Positions 58,501 to 64,000 of a DNA stretch of 64,000 nucleotides are shown here, one piece after another. Numbering within the stretch: the stretch's first letter is position 1; each line of letters opens with the position of its first letter. Source of the DNA: Tubiluchus corallicola (taxonomy: Eukaryota > Animalia > Priapulida); contig JAQGDQ010000503.1 in assembly GCA_030141605.1 (NCBI GenBank), forward strand, positions 1 through 64,000, written 5' to 3'. The notes beneath the pieces are model-generated. The model was not told the origin of the DNA. It made no database searches and worked only from the letters and a program-made list of their open reading frames with translations. Position numbers and translations under genes: made by a program.

Positions 58501-59640
58501 TTTTCTCTAAATTAGATGACTCTGATTTACGTAATTTGCTGATTATACTATACTAAATTTGAAGATTTTAGTAATCTACCAGATATTTTAAATAGTCAAT
58601 GTTTTACCTTAAACAACTACGATCAGCATGATCCTGACACTATAATACCGTCTATTACCTCACAATATTTTTCTCCTGATGAGTTTCATTTATGCATTGA
58701 TAGTAACTCATCTGATTTAACTATGATGCACATGAACGTTGTCAGTTTAAATGAAGAAAAAATTGAACTTATTCAGGAATTACTTTCTCCTTTAAGAAAC
58801 CCTATTAAAATATTAGGCATTTCTGAGACACGACTGAGCAACGTTTCTGTATCAAACTATGACCTTCCAGGTTATTTTGAACTCCTAAGACATGACTCCA
58901 GTTTGGAAACACATATTGGTGGTGTGGGTTTATATATCCATTCTTCATTGACGTACTTTGATAGATCAGATCTTAAGCTTAATGTTAATAAGTGTGAAAA
59001 TTTATGGATAGAATTGGGCTCAAAACAACATGTTGGAGTGGTAGTTGGGCTAATTTACCGACATCCAGACAGTACTCGGGATTCCTTAAAGCATTTCAAA
59101 TCTGAACTTGAAAGCACAATCAAAATTTTAAATGCGGAACACAAGAAATTATATATTATGGGTGATCTAAACATTATCTTCTGTCATAATTTTACAGCTC
59201 AATGTGTTGATATGTTATTTTCGCAGTTTTGTTACCCTTTAATTACAAGACCAACCAGAGTCAAATCAAAAACTTTAATTGATCACATCTATAGTAATTG
59301 CATAAACACTGAAATTAATTCTGGTATATGCCTTTATAATATTAGTGATCATTTGCCAATTTGTGCAACAGTAAAAAATATTAGCGTAACAAGAGATAAA
59401 AATTGCAAAATTCATAAATATAATTTCAAAAATTTTAATAAACAAAACTTTATAGATGACATAGAAACTAGTTTCTTAAATTTTGAACAATATCTTACTT
59501 GTAATAGTCCAACAGAATATTATAATTATTTTTTAAATACATTAATTTCTACTATAGATAAACATGCACCATTAAGAATGCTTTCAAAAAAAGAATGCAG
59601 ATTATTAGCAAAACCTTGGATTACCCCCCTGGTTACCCCC
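55556..59640 (+). mobile_element. 3'-truncated CR1/L2-like LINE in SLCO intron: ORF1 (55556-56339, disrupted), PHD-like finger (about 58340-58490), APE endonuclease (58723-59625); no RT
   Basis: ORF1: LEQYSRRNTIRCFGL...HRVG...RPRAVI...EDLT...WTIDGKIFVK. PHD-like: CGLC...IQCSYCNSYYH...CSVC. APE: ISETRL, GGVGLYI, IYRHP, MGDLN, LIDHIY, ISDHLPI, ending KPWIT. Confidence 0.8.
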
Positions 59641-60149
59641 CCTGATCACAAACTCTTGAAACTGGACAAGTAACTCCCTGGTTGTTCATTGTGTTTGTTT
59701 TTAACCCTTTCACAACATGGTTTCTTTTTAACTGGGCCACATTGACTTTTGGACATTTGACAATAACTTCTTGTGGTGTGTTACTAAAACAGAATCTTGT
59801 AAATAAACACATAGTTATTCGTTACCGAGTAATAATAACAAATATTACTTTTATTTATACACATGCATAAGCCTTTACAGTTTCATTGTGTGCACGAGCA
59901 TTTACTGTAGGTCAAAGGTTAAGTGTACCACAGCAATCCCCGTCTTGACTGCAACAATCACGTGATATGTAAGTAAAGCAAAGCCATCTGCCACATCAGT
60001 TTAGCGAGGCGTTGTCAAGTGTACACAAATGCATTGTCTGGTACACTTAACCGTTGACCTTTTCACAATCATCATCAATCGTTGAGACTGTGAAAAGGCT
60101 TATTTAGTAAGTATTTTTTGTAAATATCTTATACAAACATTTATTTTAC

Positions 60150-60339
60150 CTGTTCACATCAGTGAAGCCAGCTACAGGAGCCTGTTCACACTGAATCAGA
60201 AACACAAAGCAGCTAAACACAGCAGTGAAGGTGACAATCCAACAAAACTTGATCGTGTTCTGACACGACAAAGAGAACTTCTTGATTAACCAACCACTCA
60301 AAAAATTTCCACCCGCCCCGGCAGGTATTATAACCAACC
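60150..60339 (-). CDS. OATP/SLCO exon
   Basis: GLVIIPAGAGGNFLSGWLIKKF...FLIQCEQAPVAG; phase 1-2. Confidence 0.92.
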
Positions 60340-60948
60340 CTGTAAATAAACAACAGAAAACTTGGTTATCTTGAGAGCACTGCTTTTTCCAGACAGTTAA
60401 AAATGATTCATGATTTATCTGCTTCTTTCTGAAATTAAGATCAACATTCCAAGATGGCGGTTGGTCATAATATAACTGTTGCAAATTTTCATTTGCAATT
60501 TATAATTGAAAATATTACCAATAATTAAATATGTGCTGCCATCTACACTTAAAATTGTTTATTTTTTTGAACGTTTCCTTGATACATTTAGTGTTCATTT
60601 AAAAAATAACATTTGACCAAATTTTCGAGTCATTCTACTTTGAAGCGTTATAACCGTAGGTTTAACTGTGCCGACTTACGGACAGCTTTGGTTTGCAAGC
60701 ACACAAATAGTTATCTTGAGATAATAACTTATCTCGATATCAAACGGCAATGGCAAAACACCAAAAGTAAGACAACATTTTAGCCACATTCAGTGTGAAT
60801 ACGCTCCTTTGGTGACAGGAATGGCTGGAAGCAGTAAGGCAAGTGAAATTACCCACAAGCACAACCTATCATCCATATGCCATACAGACCTGCGCTACTT
60901 AACTTCTCTGCAAAGTCATATTATAAACATAGTTGTTAGAAGAATTAC

Positions 60949-61038
60949 CCATCACTATAGCTGCTGAACTGGCTGTCATCACGTACTGAACTTCAACGTA
61001 TTTAGGCATAAATACGGTAAATCCACCAATCAACAATC
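60949..61038 (-). CDS. OATP/SLCO exon
   Basis: GLLIGGFTVFMPKYVEVQYVMTASSAAIVMG; phase 1-1. Confidence 0.92.
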
Positions 61039-61104
61039 CTGAAATGATAAAAATGCAAAATTAGAGCATTAAACAATAATTAATGAATGAAATAACTTAA
61101 CAGT

Positions 61105-61576
61105 CGACAGACGCACCGCAGCTTAAGCAAGCCAGCCCAACTCAGTGCTGGTCCCAAGCCCGGATAAATAAGGAGGGTTAGGGTCAGGAAGGGCATCCGC
61201 CTGTAAAAACTGCGCCAAAACCTTCTATGAATGAGTCGGTGAGACTTAAAGTCCACAAAGAAGTGGTCAGACCCGCTCTAATCTATGGGCAGGAAGCAGC
61301 TTCTCTAAAGAAGACCGAAGAGAAGAAAATGGGTGCGGTGGAGATGAGGATGTTGAGATGGATGGTGGGAATAACAAGAAGAGATAAAATTAGAAATAAT
61401 GATATCAGACGCACAGTAAAAGTAGTGGAAGCCTCGCAAGATTGAAGTCGGTGAAGATCATGTGGGAAGGGAAGACATAAATGAAGAGATGGTTAACAAA
61501 AGGAATACGTGGAGAAGACTCATTCACAACGGCGACCCCGCATAAGGAAATGCTGGGAAGAAGAAGAAGAAGAAGA
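61105..61576 (+). mobile_element. Short internally deleted RTE-clade retroelement
   Basis: RTE-type 5' leader, RT C-terminal fragment KVHKEVVRPALIYG...EMRMLRWMVGITRRDKIRNNDIR, and 3' ggcgacccc...(GAA)n tail. Confidence 0.8.
61110..61186 (+). ncRNA. Twister ribozyme-like motif (core intact, P1/P2 possibly decayed)
   Basis: GCUGGUCCCAAGCCCGGAUAAAUAAGGAGGG (61147-61177) closely matches the rice twister core GCCGGUCCCAAGCCCGGAUAAAAGUGGAGGG as I recall it. Confidence 0.6.
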
Positions 61577-61854
61577 TTTAAAGGAAAAGCCTTCTAGGAT
61601 ATTAGGTTTATTCCAACGTTTGCAAAAAATGTTAGAAAGATTTAGTAATAAAACTGCAATAAACGCATCGTGTAATTAGTAAAATCACTTTAAAGTCGCG
61701 ATCACTTCATGCTTGGATGCTCCAATTTTGAATGCCCTTTCTTCTTCCAATGATGTCATTGATCTTGAAGATAAGCAGCGCACTGTCAATCTTTTTCAAA
61801 AATATTCAGTCTCATCAGTAAAGTTCAAGAACGTGAATGTTGACATTGACATTA

Positions 61855-62105
61855 AGTTTACTTACCTTCAGTAGCACCAGCAAAATTTAAGAATATGAAT
61901 GTCGGATTTGACATCAAGTTTATTTACCTTCAGTAGCACAAGCAAAATTCAAAAACATGAATGTCGGATTTGATAAAGTTTATTTACCTTCAGTAGCACA
62001 AGCAGAATTCAAAAACATGAATGTCGGATTTGACATCAAGTTTATTTACCTTCAGTAGCACAAGCAAAATTCAAGAACATGAATGTCGGATTTGACATCA
62101 AGTTT
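61855..62105. repeat. ~62-bp tandem repeat, 4 copies, spanning an SLCO exon 3' end and its donor site
   Basis: Exon-end positions at 62050, 61988, 61928 and 61866. Confidence 0.9.
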
Positions 62106-62220
62106 TTAAACGCTTTTGGCACATCTTTGTACGACTCTCCAAAACTTGCCCTGGTAACTGCTTCGTCATCCCCGTTTTTATGAACCTCATTGATTCTTTC
62201 TGACCTAAAAGCTTCCGCAC
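62050..62220 (-). CDS. OATP/SLCO exon (most 5' exon found; gene is 5'-partial, possibly SLCO4-like)
   Basis: GAEAFRSERINEVHK...FGESYKDVPKAFKNLMSNPTFMFLNFACATEG; phase 1-1. Confidence 0.9.
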
Positions 62221-64000
62221 CTTGAGAAAAATCAAGGATAGTAACACCTGCTGAAGTAATAAGTCTTTTCACAGTTTCATTGTGCGCATGCACAGTTGCT
62301 GTAAGTCAAAGTTAAGTGTATACGTGGCACGTGTGCAAAGCAAAGCCATCTGTCGCAACATTTCAATAACGTCAGCTGTCTTACGTGGACTTTACTGAAT
62401 TATGATGCACTAGTCTGTGCATAGAGTGATTTACTAGCAGAATTTTAATTTACTGTCTAAAATATACATTTTCTTGTCTACAAAAGTTAGTAATTCTTTC
62501 TAATATTTGAATAATTACCTTGGATAGTTAATTAATGGCAGCCAAACACAGCTATCACTTACATCACAAACTAACCAGTTTGTGCAATGGTAGGCATCTT
62601 CCCTGTGCGTCAAGCACATTTGCGTGTGCAAAGATTGCTCTAAGACGCTGATGCTTTAAGGTGATGTCACGAAAATGAGCTCTACGTCACAGACGAACAC
62701 TGCAATTCATGACCATGCTTATTACGGTACAGCGCCTATTTGTCGGCCACGCAAATGTGACAAAAAGGCGCTATTGCCAGTCTTAGTAAATTTGCTGAGC
62801 CATGCGTACCCTTAAAAGTTTAACAGAATCTAACTATCCGAGGTAATTATTATTTAATCTAAGCTTTGATTTAAAAAAGGTCGTTGTAGTTCTCAATATT
62901 TTAGAGCATTCATTATATCTAAAGAATTATCCGGTTTTTCTTTAAATTTTTATACAAGATTTTGAATATTTTCGTGCCTGTGAAAAGAAAATGACTTAAA
63001 GGTTTTTACATAAGCTGCAAATCAAAAAAATAGCAAGTTTAGATAGAAGGTTTCCTCTATTGCAAGAGCAAGACTCTGAAATTTACTAACAGTTTTAAGA
63101 TCGTCCATTTTCTATCAAGGCAAAAAGTCATTACTACTATTTTCAACTAAATTGATAAAATTAACGAAACTAGATCAGTTGCAAAATTTCGTGACTAGTG
63201 CTGCACCCTGTTGAGTGGATATTAAACGAGTGCGTGAGATCACTACCTAATAATACGTCAAGTTTGATTTTTTATTTACAGAACAAAAAGATGAGTGACA
63301 CAAATAAATGCAGAAAAAATAAATAAATAATAATATTAATATAATAATAATAATAAATATGCCACGCATACATTCTCCAATGCCCAATATAACTGCATCA
63401 GACAGATTATATTAAAATGTTAATTTATTAACGAAGATAATGATATCCGTTTTACATCACACTTTTCTGGAAACGACAATTAATTAATTCATTAAATTTA
63501 GTAATTAATCTGACACGGTTAATGGCACTGAAACTAGAGTTGAGGCAGTTAGGCGTTTTAGCTAACCATTTAATTTTTATTAATTGCGATCAGTTAACGG
63601 TTTAATCGTTCCCGATGACGTCATACATGTAATAAAATATCGAATACGCACGACTTGCACGAATAAGAGGTGTGGTTCAAATCTAGCATGCGCCGGCGAG
63701 GATGTCCAACATGGCAGCATCCTCGTAACATACACGAGTGAAAAACTTGTTGCAATTTAGATGTTTCTTAGGCAACCAGATTAATTGAATCAATGTTGTA
63801 AATAGTACATTTGTATGTAAGAGGGATATTGCTAACTGCATACGCCAACTCAGAAAACATACAAAGTTTCATACGGATGTGTAGAAAACTTGACTAAGTA
63901 ACGGCTAAACAGTGACGTCTCAGACTTATTTCAATATAATTGCTAGACTTACCCGGCAAATCGCGGGGCATGCCCAACATCGGAACAGCGGCAAACCAAC

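Noticed and set aside
61790-61825. Hammerhead-like CUGAUGA...GAAA on the minus strand
   Set aside because: No convincing stem II or flanking stems.
62500-62575. Candidate further SLCO exon (..LPLINYPR|gt)
   Set aside because: Phase 2 is incompatible with the phase-1 acceptor at 62220 and no upstream OATP motif is visible.
63935-64000. Possible Helitron/Helentron-like terminus (ctagacttacccggcaaatcgcgggg)
   Set aside because: Too short and cut off by the window edge.

Overview
AT-rich, intron-rich animal genomic DNA, most likely an invertebrate; the taxon cannot be determined from sequence alone. Hand-assembled gene content: (1) a 6-exon + strand type-I membrane protein of about 466 aa (2019-11642): signal peptide, short LRR-like region, RRRRR/S furin-type micro-exon, atypical Ig domain, Thr-rich stalk, TM and short Ser-rich tail. 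(2) Two paralogous - strand ankyrin-only genes (19767-21296; 35189-36400), each with one coding exon, built from near-identical 99-bp units whose variation is concentrated on the predicted binding face, like natural DARPins. (3) A + strand C2H2 zinc-finger gene with an internally triplicated finger array (42027-44879). (4) The 3' seven exons of a - strand OATP/SLCO transporter (50384-62220). Between them lie CR1/L2-like LINE fragments, a short RTE derivative with a twister-ribozyme core, a tRNA-derived SINE, hAT and piggyBac-type and other MITEs, a possible nAChR-like pseudo-exon, and many micro- and minisatellites. Most short ORFs in the supplied track are repeat artefacts. All alignments and folds were done by eye; no database search was run.
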